The translations under genes and the position numbers were made by a program. The notes below the pieces were generated by a model. The model had not been told where the DNA came from and made no database searches. It saw only the letters and a list, made by a program, of their open reading frames with translations. Shown here one piece after another: positions 37,332-46,917 of a stretch of DNA of 64,000 nucleotides. Source of the DNA: a virus; the IMG/VR virus record IMGVR_UViG_3300028840_004168, positions 32,001-96,000 of that record; one strand, 5' to 3'. How positions within the stretch are numbered: the first letter of the stretch is position 1; the number at the start of each line of letters is the position of its first letter.

Positions 37332-40300
37332 AGACCTACTCCTAGCCCATCCATCTGCTCTACTGTAGGCTTGATGTTGTTAAACTTCTCCAAATACGGC
37401 CTGAACACATCATACCTGGAATAAGCTTGTGACTCATTAGTAAACTGGTTTTCAATATTAAGGTATGCCAAGCCGCCCATGAAGCATCTGTTATTGTTGG
37501 CAGGATCGCTAATGGGATCATTGTATCCGTAATGACCGCCAAAGCTCATAGTCGTATTAGCCCAGTTAGACGGAAGCTCAAAGTTTTTGCTTTCGCCTCC
37601 AGGCCACCACCACACTATATCGTAACCTATGGATGTTATCGTTGCTGGAAGGACTACTGCCATTACAGTGCTCCACCATTCCTGCTCAGGAATAATCCAC
37701 TTCCCATTCACATACATCGAAGGAACTCCTTTGCAGAACCGAGCATCCCAATTGGGAGCCCTGGAGCTAAAAGCAAACATTATATGATGCCAGAGATTAG
37801 ATTCAAAAGATTTAGTAGCGCCTAGAAATACTTTATACCTGTCAGCCATACGCCTGTAAAATGCTATCGCACCACGAGAAGCCATTATGCCCCAGCATGA
37901 ATTCAATGGATCTTCGCTATCTGCAACCTCAACAAGCCTTGCGCCTTTCTCCCAATTATCTGCTATAGTGTTTATATTCACAATCATCTCTATCGTAACA
38001 TTTCCATCTATAGCCCTGTAAACGTCATATGTATAAGGCTTTTCAGCAAAAGAAAACATAGAACGGTTATCGCTCGTGCCGCATGACAGATCGCCTCCTA
38101 CACTATCGCTGTCTCTTTTGCACATTTCTAAATTATCACTTCTATCCCAATTATCTCCGCTTTCTATGTCATAGTAATAATTTCCAGGCGATATCTCTCC
38201 ATACTGCGTGGGCAGCCATTCTACGCAAGGGCCGATAGGAGACTGACCAAACCTGTGTTTTGCAGCATCAGTCTCTTCATTCATGCGAGCTTTGTATCCA
38301 AAGTAATAAGACATATTAGGATAGAGGGCGATCAAGTTAGCAAACTTATTTACCAGCGGAACGAACTGCGCCATGCTAGGTGGATAATTATTATTTAACA
38401 TTGGCAGGTAATAATTATGATCTCTGTTTCTCATTATTTGATCATCTGGCGTAGAAGCATAATCGTCTACTATTTCAACCACCCTGTCATCTATCCCAAA
38501 CATATGGAAAGAAAAATGATGCAATGCTACATTCGCTTTGCTTGTGTATTCTACAGTCGGGCCGCCTGAAAACAAGGTTAGCCCAGGCCATCTCCAGTAA
38601 TCTATCTCAGGAGAAAAATAAAACGGCCCTGTTCCCCAATAGAATATGAAATTCTCATTGCTTTCTCTAAAGAATAATTTGCCATTGACATATACTTCTA
38701 TAGTCCTGGTATCGCTTTTATAATTAAGCGTTATATCCAGCAATGGAAAGTCCACATCTTTGCTGTGCGAAGCTGTCTTGACATTGTATATGCGCCCTAG
38801 CTCAAGAGAATATACAATACTATCGCCAAGCTCAGTGCTGGAATATCTGAACTTCAGATCTACTGCATTATCATCTCCTGGAACATCAGCTATGCCAAAG
38901 CTCCACGATCCTTCACCTGCTATAAAAACAGAATTGGAAACTAAATATCCGAATGTAGGATCAGGAGCTGCAAGCGCACCTGCTTCATTAGGGATTATAT
39001 TGCCAAGAACTTTGACAACGACATTCAATGAAAAATCTGACAAAGCAGGATCTTTAGTTAATTTATATTCTCCTGTATGATGAAGAGACAGCAATGAATC
39101 ACCATAAGAGCCATAAGGACTTGCTGCAAAGTTTCTTGCAATAGTGCCATACACAGTGTTAAACATATTTGTCTTTTGAGGATCATATTGATCAAAATCT
39201 TCCCATTCAAATCTCGGTATATCGTCAAGCTCAAGAAGAGAATCTATGCCAGACTGATAATTTTTATTAGAAAGATTTGTAATTCGGTCTACAGCTGTAA
39301 TAGTCCCACTATATTCCCTTTCCATCTGCTTGTTCACCTCTCCCATAGGAAGATCGAACAGGCAACTGTCTCCTGTAAATGTCATCTTAGGATACATGTG
39401 CCGTCTTTGGACTGTATGATAATAATTTTTATTATGAGCTCCATTAGCCTTCATAGCAACATACCTGATCTCTTCTTCGTTTAAAGGCCAGGGAGTGAAT
39501 CTTAATTCGCTCATCCATCCATGCAGGTTTTCTATCATCAGCCTTTGAACTGGAGCCTGTGCATAATCATCATACCTATAAAAAATTTGAGGATTAGGTA
39601 TATTATGACCACCAGCAAGCAATACTTCATATGCGTTATACTCAGCCACTTTCTGACCATTCATATAAAACTTTGCATCCTGACCATCCCATATCATAGC
39701 AAGATATATTCCGATATCCCTTGAAGACGCAGAATAAGGCTCCTGGTAGGCAGGGAGCCATTGGTTAATCTCTCTACCAGTATCTGCTATAGGATCATAA
39801 AAAGAAATCGTTGCCATTATTGCAGTTCGCACATAATCTTCAGACACATAATCTTTTCTAACCTGGAACCGCCAGGGTTTAGGAACGCCTGCATATATAT
39901 CTCTGGAAACAAGATGATTAAATACTGAGCCCCCTCCTGACTCTGCTGGCTTATCCTCATTACGATCAAACGACACTATAAACTCTATAGTAAATTGCTG
40001 TCTGTCAAAATACCTCTCTGTCTCCTGAAGAGCATTATCTCTTAAATCTATAACAGCCCTTCCCATGCCTCCATCAGTATGCATATACGCTGCCCATGAT
40101 GATATATCAGCATTTCTGAGACTGCTGCCTATAACTCCGATTTCATTCTGTATGCTGAATTTATAATCATGAGTATAGTCTTTGACAAAGTTAGAGCCGC
40201 CATTAGACATGCTGCCGCCAAAATTAAAATGGACATCTCCATAAGATTGCAAAGCAAACAATTGATCTATAGTCACAGTGCTTGGCATGTCCACTACAAG

Positions 40301-41164
40301 AAGAGCCTGAGTGTCAGAAACTATCTGAACGTTTAATATCCTTCCCTCTACAAGTTCGTTATTATCAGTATCATATCCAAACAAGCTAATGCCTTTGTTT
40401 ATAACAAAGACCTGCACGTCTGTTATCTTCCATTCAGCATCTACTCCATTATTTGTTATTTCAAGCACAGGATAGTAATCTTCATTATAAGGAATAATAT
40501 CTTGGAAAAAATATTCTTCGTAGTAAACCCAGTCAGGAGAAGGAGATTCAGGAGCTATAACTGTATTAAACATATCGCCAAGCTCATCCCATCCTACTGA
40601 ATCATCTACTCCATACATGCGCACCAGGACTTCACCATCTATAACTTTTATCCAATACCTAAGCATATAATAATTTCTATAAGTGAAAGATATCCAATCA
40701 CTCCACATGCCTCTCTTTTCACCTGGCACTACGTCTGGAACATCTACGTTAAAATAGCCGCCACAAGTAATTCCAGGGGGGAGATCAGTTGTGATCTGAT
40801 TACTTGTGTCTGTAGTTATGTCCATATTATAGTCTTCATATTCATCAGGCAAGAATACATCAGTGCTAGTAGCATCCAGCTGCCACCAGGGGTAACAAAA
40901 CTGAGGATCTTCAAACGTCCAGCCGTATGTGCCAGTAGTAGCCTGAAACTCGGCCTGCATCCACTCTACATCGCTTGTAGAATCTATATTGATAGGTATA
41001 TACTGGATATTGCTGTTTGCCAATGCAAAGGAGTCGCCAACTATATCCAGCTTGATAAAATCCATCTTAGGCTTGAGCAACGTATTCCTAAATGGTGGAT
41101 TAAACTGCCGCCAGGGATTATCATGGCTATGAAACATAAATCTTTTAAATTCAAAAGAATTCAT
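37328..41164 (-). CDS. Large protein with three LamG/concanavalin-A-like domains
   Basis: Three FT(I/L)E..V...(W/Y).H....D.....YxNG...G....L units. Confidence 0.75.
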   Translation of the reverse strand: MNSFEFKRFMFHSHDNPWRQFNPPFRNTLLKPKMDFIKLDIVGDSFALANSNIQYIPINIDSTSDVEWMQAEFQATTGTYGWTFEDPQFCYPWWQLDATSTDVFLPDEYEDYNMDITTDTSNQITTDLPPGITCGGYFNVDVPDVVPGEKRGMWSDWISFTYRNYYMLRYWIKVIDGEVLVRMYGVDDSVGWDELGDMFNTVIAPESPSPDWVYYEEYFFQDIIPYNEDYYPVLEITNNGVDAEWKITDVQVFVINKGISLFGYDTDNNELVEGRILNVQIVSDTQALLVVDMPSTVTIDQLFALQSYGDVHFNFGGSMSNGGSNFVKDYTHDYKFSIQNEIGVIGSSLRNADISSWAAYMHTDGGMGRAVIDLRDNALQETERYFDRQQFTIEFIVSFDRNEDKPAESGGGSVFNHLVSRDIYAGVPKPWRFQVRKDYVSEDYVRTAIMATISFYDPIADTGREINQWLPAYQEPYSASSRDIGIYLAMIWDGQDAKFYMNGQKVAEYNAYEVLLAGGHNIPNPQIFYRYDDYAQAPVQRLMIENLHGWMSELRFTPWPLNEEEIRYVAMKANGAHNKNYYHTVQRRHMYPKMTFTGDSCLFDLPMGEVNKQMEREYSGTITAVDRITNLSNKNYQSGIDSLLELDDIPRFEWEDFDQYDPQKTNMFNTVYGTIARNFAASPYGSYGDSLLSLHHTGEYKLTKDPALSDFSLNVVVKVLGNIIPNEAGALAAPDPTFGYLVSNSVFIAGEGSWSFGIADVPGDDNAVDLKFRYSSTELGDSIVYSLELGRIYNVKTASHSKDVDFPLLDITLNYKSDTRTIEVYVNGKLFFRESNENFIFYWGTGPFYFSPEIDYWRWPGLTLFSGGPTVEYTSKANVALHHFSFHMFGIDDRVVEIVDDYASTPDDQIMRNRDHNYYLPMLNNNYPPSMAQFVPLVNKFANLIALYPNMSYYFGYKARMNEETDAAKHRFGQSPIGPCVEWLPTQYGEISPGNYYYDIESGDNWDRSDNLEMCKRDSDSVGGDLSCGTSDNRSMFSFAEKPYTYDVYRAIDGNVTIEMIVNINTIADNWEKGARLVEVADSEDPLNSCWGIMASRGAIAFYRRMADRYKVFLGATKSFESNLWHHIMFAFSSRAPNWDARFCKGVPSMYVNGKWIIPEQEWWSTVMAVVLPATITSIGYDIVWWWPGGESKNFELPSNWANTTMSFGGHYGYNDPISDPANNNRCFMGGLAYLNIENQFTNESQAYSRYDVFRPYLEKFNNIKPTVEQMDGLGVGL

Positions 41165-41673
41165 CAGCTAACTTTCCTATCGACATTGCGCTTCTTCAGC
41201 GTCTTGGCTATATCACGCAACAGCTCGTTGCTTTCTTCCATCATCCTTGCAAGCCTCTCAGTTTTTTGCGCTGTTATATCTATCTCTCTTTTGTTCTCTA
41301 AGGCAAATTGAATCATAGCTTTCAGCTCTACAGGATCAAAAGGCTTATTAATAAACCTATATACCTCTCCGTTGTTTATAGCCCTGACAGCCTCATCATA
41401 TCCTGCCTTTCCAGTAAGCATAAATCTTATTGTCTCTGGATAGGCATCTTTCACTATCTTAAAAAATTCAACTCCATCCATCTGAGGCATAGAATAATCA
41501 GCTATGATCAGATCTATAGCATTATTCTCAAGCAATTTTAATCCTTCTACGGCATTTATTGCAGTATAGACTTCATATGATTCATACTCTAATAAATGTT
41601 GCAGAACTCTTAAAACAGCTTTGTCATCATCGATTACAAGAATAGATAACTTTCTGTTTTGCACTACTTCCAT
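41164..41673 (-). CDS. Stand-alone response regulator receiver (REC) protein with short coiled-coil tail
   Basis: ILVIDDD, IIADYSMPQMDG (phosphoacceptor Asp), MLTG, AINNGEVYRFINKP; all canonical residues intact. Confidence 0.92.
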   Translation of the reverse strand: MEVVQNRKLSILVIDDDKAVLRVLQHLLEYESYEVYTAINAVEGLKLLENNAIDLIIADYSMPQMDGVEFFKIVKDAYPETIRFMLTGKAGYDEAVRAINNGEVYRFINKPFDPVELKAMIQFALENKREIDITAQKTERLARMMEESNELLRDIAKTLKKRNVDRKVS

Positions 41674-41682
41674 TTTATTCTC

Positions 41683-42129
41683 CTAATCTGATTTCCTTAG
41701 TTCCTGAGCTATTATTTTTAAATAAGTAGTAGCTTGGCTTTGCATCTTAATAAGCTCTTCTACCTGTCTCAGCCATGATCTCGGCATAAACCACTTAGGG
41801 CTGCCGTCTTCGTCATATTTGTCATGCATGTCAAACATAACATCAGTCTTGCGTTTACACTCTGCAGTATCTGCGCACAAAGACTCCATCTTTTTGTTAA
41901 GACCATTCATAATAACAGTCAACGCTTTAATAGTTTCAGTCATATTATTTACATTAGAATTCATCTGTCCTGTAGCCTCAACTACTATTTTTAAATCTCC
42001 GTTCTTTGGCGCTTCTGGCTCTTTTTTAAGATAAGCCCAAACTATATCTCCCAAAATCTTCATGGATACGCCAATAAGCCCTGCGCCAATCAGGTGCAGC
42101 ACTCCAAAACTTGAAACATCAGCCGCCAT
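41683..42129 (-). CDS. Holin-like single-TM coiled-coil protein
   Basis: N-terminal hydrophobic helix, coiled coil and DEDGSPKW motif; near the amidase. Confidence 0.45.
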   Translation of the reverse strand: MAADVSSFGVLHLIGAGLIGVSMKILGDIVWAYLKKEPEAPKNGDLKIVVEATGQMNSNVNNMTETIKALTVIMNGLNKKMESLCADTAECKRKTDVMFDMHDKYDEDGSPKWFMPRSWLRQVEELIKMQSQATTYLKIIAQELRKSD

Positions 42130-42138
42130 AACAATCTC

Positions 42139-42747
42139 CTAAGCCACTGTGTCTATCATAATTTCAAATGTATCATCTATTTTAGCACGCCGATAGATAT
42201 CATTCGGAGACACAAGATTAAAGTCATTATCTTTTTCATATTGAGAAAGATCGAAACGCTTATCTACTTTGGCTAACGCCCTTGCGATAACCTCAGAACA
42301 CAGAACACGATAGTTAGAGGCAAATACATTCTTAATAGTTATGCCAAACCATTTCAATATGTAATAGAGCCCGAAACCTATAAGGCCGCCATAGTCATAT
42401 CCATGACCTATATACCCAGTAAGGCTTTTAATAAATTTTTCAACCTGCCTTTCATTTTTAAAGTCTGGACGTATAAGACAGCACTGATGATCGCTGTCAA
42501 TGTATTTAAATATCGCATCTTCAATCACTCCGTCTGCGCTGGCTTCAATAATATAAATAGGATCTTTAGCTGCTACAGTGTGCGAGAACGGCCCATCGTC
42601 AAACCATCCTATAAGCTCAGACACAGGATTGCCAGATATAACCAGCATTATGTCGCCACGTTTAATGTTTCTTAAAATATATTTTACATCGTCATCTGTC
42701 ATATCGTATGCTGCCTGTATGTGTTTAAAATGCCCCATGCCTTCCAT
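42139..42747 (-). CDS. Permuted papain-like amidase (YiiX/YaeF, C92 family)
   Basis: GDIML...FSH...IIEA...GYDY...CSE.IA...SPNDI; catalytic His precedes Cys. Confidence 0.85.
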   Translation of the reverse strand: MEGMGHFKHIQAAYDMTDDDVKYILRNIKRGDIMLVISGNPVSELIGWFDDGPFSHTVAAKDPIYIIEASADGVIEDAIFKYIDSDHQCCLIRPDFKNERQVEKFIKSLTGYIGHGYDYGGLIGFGLYYILKWFGITIKNVFASNYRVLCSEVIARALAKVDKRFDLSQYEKDNDFNLVSPNDIYRRAKIDDTFEIMIDTVA

Positions 42748-43595
42748 GCTGTCTGAGATACATTCGAAGCTATTATCCTCATAAAATATCCTGGTGGAAG
42801 CATCTCTGCATCATCAGAATCAAGGTAGTTATAAGTATAGCTTGTTCCATAGACAAGTATCTCATTGGCAAATTCAAACACCGTATGTTCGATATCATAA
42901 AGATCATAACCGCCAGTAGCATCTGCACAGAAAGAAAGCTGGTTGTTTACCAAGTTCCAGTAGCCAGTGCTGGTGAAATTAGGCACAGGATAAGTAGCTG
43001 CGGTAAACACTTTAGAGCCAGGAATACTGTAAACTATGCGATGATCTCCTAGCACAGATAAGAAGCCAGCAGTAGAATCAGCAAGAACGCTGGGTTGCGC
43101 TATCACATGAAAACTGATACTATCTCCCCATCCTGCATCTTCAAAAGCAAAATAACCATCACGTATATATATGTATGGATCTATGAAGTGGATGTCTCTT
43201 ACCAGCTCAGATGTGGTAGCGTCCAGTGCCAGCATAAACTTATCGCCTTCGCCACGCTTCATCTCAACATGATCATCGCCTGCGCTGCTGAAATAGGTAT
43301 AATAGCCAATAGGCCTGCGTGTAGCCAGCGCCATAAGCTTTTTATCAGCAGTCTTAGAGAACTTCTGCTGGTAATTTCTTATCCAGTCTATACCATCACC
43401 AATTGAAAGATCGCTTGTGCCGTCATTGACTGTGAATGTTTGATTGCTTATAAGCACCACCAGATCTTCAGAATTAGCCAAAGAAGCAGGGCTCTCAGTG
43501 CTGACATCCCTCTGCCCATTGGCAGGAACTACCATGCCGCCTAGATCATCAATAGACACATCTTTGTCTGTATTATTTTTTAATATCTTAGCCAT
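42699..43595 (-). CDS. Hypothetical virion protein
   Basis: N-terminal KILKNNT...SEDLVVLI domain shared with 43604..44452; beta-rich C-terminus. Confidence 0.6.
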   Translation of the reverse strand: MAKILKNNTDKDVSIDDLGGMVVPANGQRDVSTESPASLANSEDLVVLISNQTFTVNDGTSDLSIGDGIDWIRNYQQKFSKTADKKLMALATRRPIGYYTYFSSAGDDHVEMKRGEGDKFMLALDATTSELVRDIHFIDPYIYIRDGYFAFEDAGWGDSISFHVIAQPSVLADSTAGFLSVLGDHRIVYSIPGSKVFTAATYPVPNFTSTGYWNLVNNQLSFCADATGGYDLYDIEHTVFEFANEILVYGTSYTYNYLDSDDAEMLPPGYFMRIIASNVSQTAWKAWGILNTYRQHTI

Positions 43596-43603
43596 ATATC
43601 ACC

Positions 43604-44452
43604 TTATGGAGCCACATACCTTCTTTTGCACCAAAGCACCATATTAGTGCTCTTTACATTTCCTCCTGCAGCATCTACAAACACCTGCAGGTAATCGTCT
43701 GCATCCAGGTCTATATCAAAAGTAAGATCTTTAGCATAATAAGCAGCACAGGTAAGAGCGCCTAAGTTAGTAGCACTGTTATTTTTTCTTATATAAAACA
43801 CCTTAGTCGCAGTAGCGCTACCAGTGGAAACCCTGACTGAGCCGCCTACTATAGTCATATCATGAATGATTGGATAACCAACAGTAGGATGTGCTGTCAA
43901 CCCAGTAGAAGGCAATAGCTGATTTCCAGTAGGCTCATCCCTGCCAAGCGTAAGCGGTATCAGCCCAGGGGTCAGATACTTATCCCTGACAGGATCATAC
44001 ATGTAAAGCTCGCCGTCATCGTATACAAATTCATCTCCGCTTATAACATCCTGATATACCCACATATTAGAAGTGCTGTCATATATAAGAGCGTTTCCAT
44101 GAGAAGGCATGTCGGTAGTGATCACACGCCCACGAATAGCAGAAGCATCAGCTTGCAACTCTCCTGATGTTATCTCACGTTCAGATATAACTGTAAACAC
44201 ATTGTCATTTGAAAATATAAAAGGAACAGTCCCGTAATCATCATTTATGCTTATATTGCCCATCTTCCAGTTATAAAATAGATCGTTAGAACGAGAAAGC
44301 AAATCAAGCGTAAACTGGTCTGTTATTACCACAGTGCCATCAGGTTCCCCAGCAGGAAGAAGGACAAAGCCATGCACATCAGGAAAGTCAATAGGTAATG
44401 CCGTCAGATTGGTAATCGTCCTGGTTATTCTTTTAAAAGCTGTTAAAGCCAT
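43604..44452 (-). CDS. Hypothetical virion protein (fibre/adhesin-like)
   Basis: Shared N-terminal domain; GNALIYDSTSNMW fibre-like motif; jelly-roll-like C-terminus (DLDADDYLQV). Confidence 0.6.
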   Translation of the reverse strand: MALTAFKRITRTITNLTALPIDFPDVHGFVLLPAGEPDGTVVITDQFTLDLLSRSNDLFYNWKMGNISINDDYGTVPFIFSNDNVFTVISEREITSGELQADASAIRGRVITTDMPSHGNALIYDSTSNMWVYQDVISGDEFVYDDGELYMYDPVRDKYLTPGLIPLTLGRDEPTGNQLLPSTGLTAHPTVGYPIIHDMTIVGGSVRVSTGSATATKVFYIRKNNSATNLGALTCAAYYAKDLTFDIDLDADDYLQVFVDAAGGNVKSTNMVLWCKRRYVAP

Positions 44453-44461
44453 GACACACCT

Positions 44462-44833
44462 TTATTCTACCCAATTATCCTCAAACCATTGGGTTAAAGT
44501 TGAATCCGCATCCTGAATCGGTATAAGTGAAAGCATTCCTTCACAACATACTGTCAGGCTTCTTATATCCATATCGGCATCACCTTGATCTATTTTCACA
44601 TTAGCCGAAGTGGTTGTATCGTAGTAATACCTGATCATCTGCGGAGCATTAGCTTCACTTTCAGTATCATCATATTTGTAGACACAAAGAATTGGCTTGG
44701 GATATTCGTCATAAGCTGAATTAAGATTATATGAAGCAGGAGCATAATACTTATAAACATCTGCTGTGAAGCCAATTCCAGCCATTAAGACAAATAAGAA
44801 AATCAAAGTTGATAAAAATATTTTCTGAAACAT
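44462..44833 (-). CDS. Hypothetical protein with predicted Sec signal peptide
   Basis: MFQKIFLSTLIFLFVLMAGIGFTA/D. Confidence 0.6.
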   Translation of the reverse strand: MFQKIFLSTLIFLFVLMAGIGFTADVYKYYAPASYNLNSAYDEYPKPILCVYKYDDTESEANAPQMIRYYYDTTTSANVKIDQGDADMDIRSLTVCCEGMLSLIPIQDADSTLTQWFEDNWVE

Positions 44834-44846
44834 TATTTCCTCCTTT

Positions 44847-46904
44847 TTAACTATCTTGCTCTATCCTATAAGTGTACATATTTAAATTAACTTGTCCTGA
44901 AGTGCCTTCATCAACGCTCAGTAATGGTTGCATAGCCACTGCAGGAATGTTTGTTGTAACAGACGCATACTGCGTGCCATCAACCGACCAATGGACACCA
45001 GTGCCATCAGCCCAAATTCTGAACACTGAAACAGTGCCAGCGGAAAAAGTATGACCAGTGGCTGAAGTAGTTGAAGTGCCGCCGCTACTGCATTTTAAAT
45101 ATATCGTTCCTGTGCCTGTATGTTCAATATAGATATAATCATCTGAACCACCTGCAGATGATTCAATCAATCCAACTTTAAATAACTGGTTACTGGTTCC
45201 CCCTGCACCTGCAACCGAGAATATAGCAGTCATATCAAAATCATTAGCATATGCAAAAAAACATATATCATTGAAATCAGCTTCTTCTAAAGCAGGGCTG
45301 CCAAATCCGCTTGTCCTCATTTGAGCAACGCCACTTGCCGTTGTAATCCGAGTTAGCCAAGTTCCACCATTAGTAGTCCTTCTATCCCAATAGCTAACAT
45401 TATCTGGAGAGGTCGGATATGTACCCCTCATAAAATCATCACGAAATAAAACTTCAGGGGGAGTCGAACTGCCACCACCAATGGGAGTTCCGTCAATTGC
45501 AAGCCCTGAAGAAAAATCCCAAGAATCTAAAGATTCATTCCACTTCATATATTCATCGTTTGTGGCCTTATCAACCTTCATTATGATAAAGTCTCTATCG
45601 CTTGGAGAAGATATGCCATCTCTCAATAAAATTATTTCCTGAGTTGCAGCAGTCCCTCGAAATTCTAAATCAAACATCGGCTGATCAGTATCCCACATCG
45701 AAAGAACCAGATTGGGCTTATTAGTGTTGATTCCGAAAGTAGCTATATGACTACGAATCCAGCCTTGAAAATAATTCTCTCCCTGTGTCGATAATGCAAA
45801 GGCATTTCCGCTTGCGTTTGTAGCACCAAAAGTACCACCGATGTTCGTGCCAACATGATTATCATTGGCTTGACCTATGACTCCAACTACATTAACTGTA
45901 CTAGAAGCAGAAACATATCTGCCAAGCCCATATACTCCAGCTGCCCCTCCCCAGCCACTGTTTGTAGAAGCAATTCCAACTACTCCAAAAGCTTGCTCAT
46001 TAGGAGACGTAACATGCTCAAACAATCCTCCAATCTTAGTCGCCCCTAATGCTGTTGCTGTATCTCCACCAGCACTCCAGAACTGATACCCTGTAGAAGT
46101 GGTAGTTCCCTGAGCTGCCAGCCCGAATAAGCCTGTATAAGCACCAAAAATTCCATATGCTGCAGGAGCGCCTATAGGAGCTGTTACAAATGTCGGCCCC
46201 ATTATACTCAAAACATTTGCAAACCCTGCTATTGACGAAACGCCAATCAATAAATCATTATCAGTGCCAATGCCAGTAGCTTCCCAGGCAAGTATTATGT
46301 TGCCTGTAGCAAGGGGAGTAGTGCCGCCGCCAAACACTAAAGCAGCTCCACTTGGATTAGGAGGCGAAAGGCCTAAATCTTTAAAGCTGGCAACAGGCGA
46401 ACCGCTTAATTCGAAATCAATCTGAGTAGAAGATTCAACATCATTTTTTAGAATGTTGCCTACATTAGTCCATAGGCCTCCAGCGCCGCCAGTGACATTT
46501 ACAGTAACTTTGCCGCCGCCTTCATCCGTCACAGTAAGGCCGCCTTCAAAGTTTACAGTATCGGCATCAGCTATCTTTGCATCATCTTTCTGAATTTCAA
46601 TAGTGCCTGCGCCTCCACCAGCATCACAGCGAAGCTTATCCCTGATGCCGTCAGCATCAGTATCTTCAGACAGGTAGTATAGCTGCTGAGCCAATGTGAG
46701 AGATCTGTCATTAGGACTTTGCGCCCCAGCCTGTGCTACATAAATAGTTCTTATCTTGTCTCTAATGCCGTCAGCGTTAGTATCTTCAGACAGATACCAC
46801 AACTGAGCATCGTCATCAAGAAACCTGTCAGCTATAACAGATGTGCCTATTAAAATGCAAAACAGGAGTATAGAGCCTGCCAAAAGTTTTTTATGAAATT
46901 TCAT
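44847..46904 (-). CDS. Gly-rich fibre/adhesin-like protein with predicted signal peptide, DxxxDG repeats and lectin-like C-terminus
   Basis: MKFHKKLLAGSILLFCILIGTSVIA/D; two YLSEDTxADGIRDK repeats; FRDDF... ConA-like C-terminal domain. Confidence 0.65.
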   Translation of the reverse strand: MKFHKKLLAGSILLFCILIGTSVIADRFLDDDAQLWYLSEDTNADGIRDKIRTIYVAQAGAQSPNDRSLTLAQQLYYLSEDTDADGIRDKLRCDAGGGAGTIEIQKDDAKIADADTVNFEGGLTVTDEGGGKVTVNVTGGAGGLWTNVGNILKNDVESSTQIDFELSGSPVASFKDLGLSPPNPSGAALVFGGGTTPLATGNIILAWEATGIGTDNDLLIGVSSIAGFANVLSIMGPTFVTAPIGAPAAYGIFGAYTGLFGLAAQGTTTSTGYQFWSAGGDTATALGATKIGGLFEHVTSPNEQAFGVVGIASTNSGWGGAAGVYGLGRYVSASSTVNVVGVIGQANDNHVGTNIGGTFGATNASGNAFALSTQGENYFQGWIRSHIATFGINTNKPNLVLSMWDTDQPMFDLEFRGTAATQEIILLRDGISSPSDRDFIIMKVDKATNDEYMKWNESLDSWDFSSGLAIDGTPIGGGSSTPPEVLFRDDFMRGTYPTSPDNVSYWDRRTTNGGTWLTRITTASGVAQMRTSGFGSPALEEADFNDICFFAYANDFDMTAIFSVAGAGGTSNQLFKVGLIESSAGGSDDYIYIEHTGTGTIYLKCSSGGTSTTSATGHTFSAGTVSVFRIWADGTGVHWSVDGTQYASVTTNIPAVAMQPLLSVDEGTSGQVNLNMYTYRIEQDS
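46635..46805. repeat. Imperfect 51-bp direct repeat, period 120 bp
   Basis: 46635..46685 and 46755..46805 share atgccgtcagc..tagtatcttcagacag. Confidence 0.8.
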
Positions 46905-46917
46905 TTTTTATTTCCCC

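Noticed and set aside
46635-46805. Template/variable repeat pair of a diversity-generating retroelement
   Set aside because: The repeats are short, both in frame in one gene, differences are not adenine-specific, and no reverse transcriptase is in the window.
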